From: Pirellulales bacterium
GTDB taxonomy: Bacteria; Planctomycetota; Planctomycetia; Pirellulales; JAICIG01
Direction of reading: 5' to 3'
NCBI GenBank assembly: GCA_040901675.1
Contig: JBBDYJ010000031.1
Location: 89,220-153,219 of the forward strand
DNA length: 64,000 bases
A program made the position numbers and the translations under genes. The notes under the pieces were generated by a model. That model was not told where the DNA came from. It searched no databases and saw nothing but the letters and a program-made list of their open reading frames with translations. This document shows positions 63,775 to 64,000 of this stretch, piece by piece; position 1 is the stretch's first letter, and the number at the start of each line of letters is the position of its first letter.

Positions 63775-63849
63775 CAAGAAACCTGATAAGAAAACCGGCG
63801 GCAGGCAGGCGTGCCTGCGCCACAACAAGCGAATCGCCCTGCCGTGCCC

Positions 63850-64000
63850 GTGCCGCATCGCATTGCCCTGGTTATTCCGACGCTGGACCGCGCAGGGGCC
63901 GAGAAGCAACTGGTGCTCCTGGCCCGCGGGCTGCCGCGCGGCGAGTTCGACGTGCACGTCTGCGTGCTCACGCACGGTGGCCCGCTGGAGGCCGAGCTGG
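63850..64000 (+). CDS. Glycosyltransferase family 4, 5' part (runs out of the window)
   Basis: IALVIPTLDRAGAEKQLVLLARGL....FDVHV. Confidence 0.8.
   Translation, partial: MPHRIALVIPTLDRAGAEKQLVLLARGLPRGEFDVHVCVLTHGGPLEAEL

Overview
GC-rich bacterial chromosome segment, very likely a Planctomycete (Pirellulales-like). This rests on four DUF1501 genes, three DUF1549/DUF1553 partners, TIGR03067, DUF1570 and Trx7/PDZ genes, and a Planctomycete-type Ser/Thr kinase. Recognisable core genes are typA, rsmE, rplM-rpsI, pntAA/AB/B, hpt and tRNA-His. No CRISPR array, rRNA, intact transposase or integrase was seen. All family calls come from motifs recognised by eye; no database search was run. The best leads are: (1) a decayed left-end locus (0.3-2.0 kb) in which a lower-GC toxin-like cargo is bracketed by inward-facing GTCCC/GGGAC repeats beside RHS and RAYT-transposase remnants, with a similar repeat architecture at 30.5-30.8 kb; (2) a GT2 + BshC-like ligase + Eis-like GNAT cluster that could make an unknown acylated sugar or low-molecular-weight thiol; (3) an HD-GYP/PilZ module flanked by an exact 18-bp direct repeat; (4) two apparent deletion chimeras, Hsp20-Lon and a truncated VapC running into DUF1501; (5) a structured leader upstream of a solo DUF1501; (6) unannotated small proteins; (7) several families of REP-like intergenic repeats.
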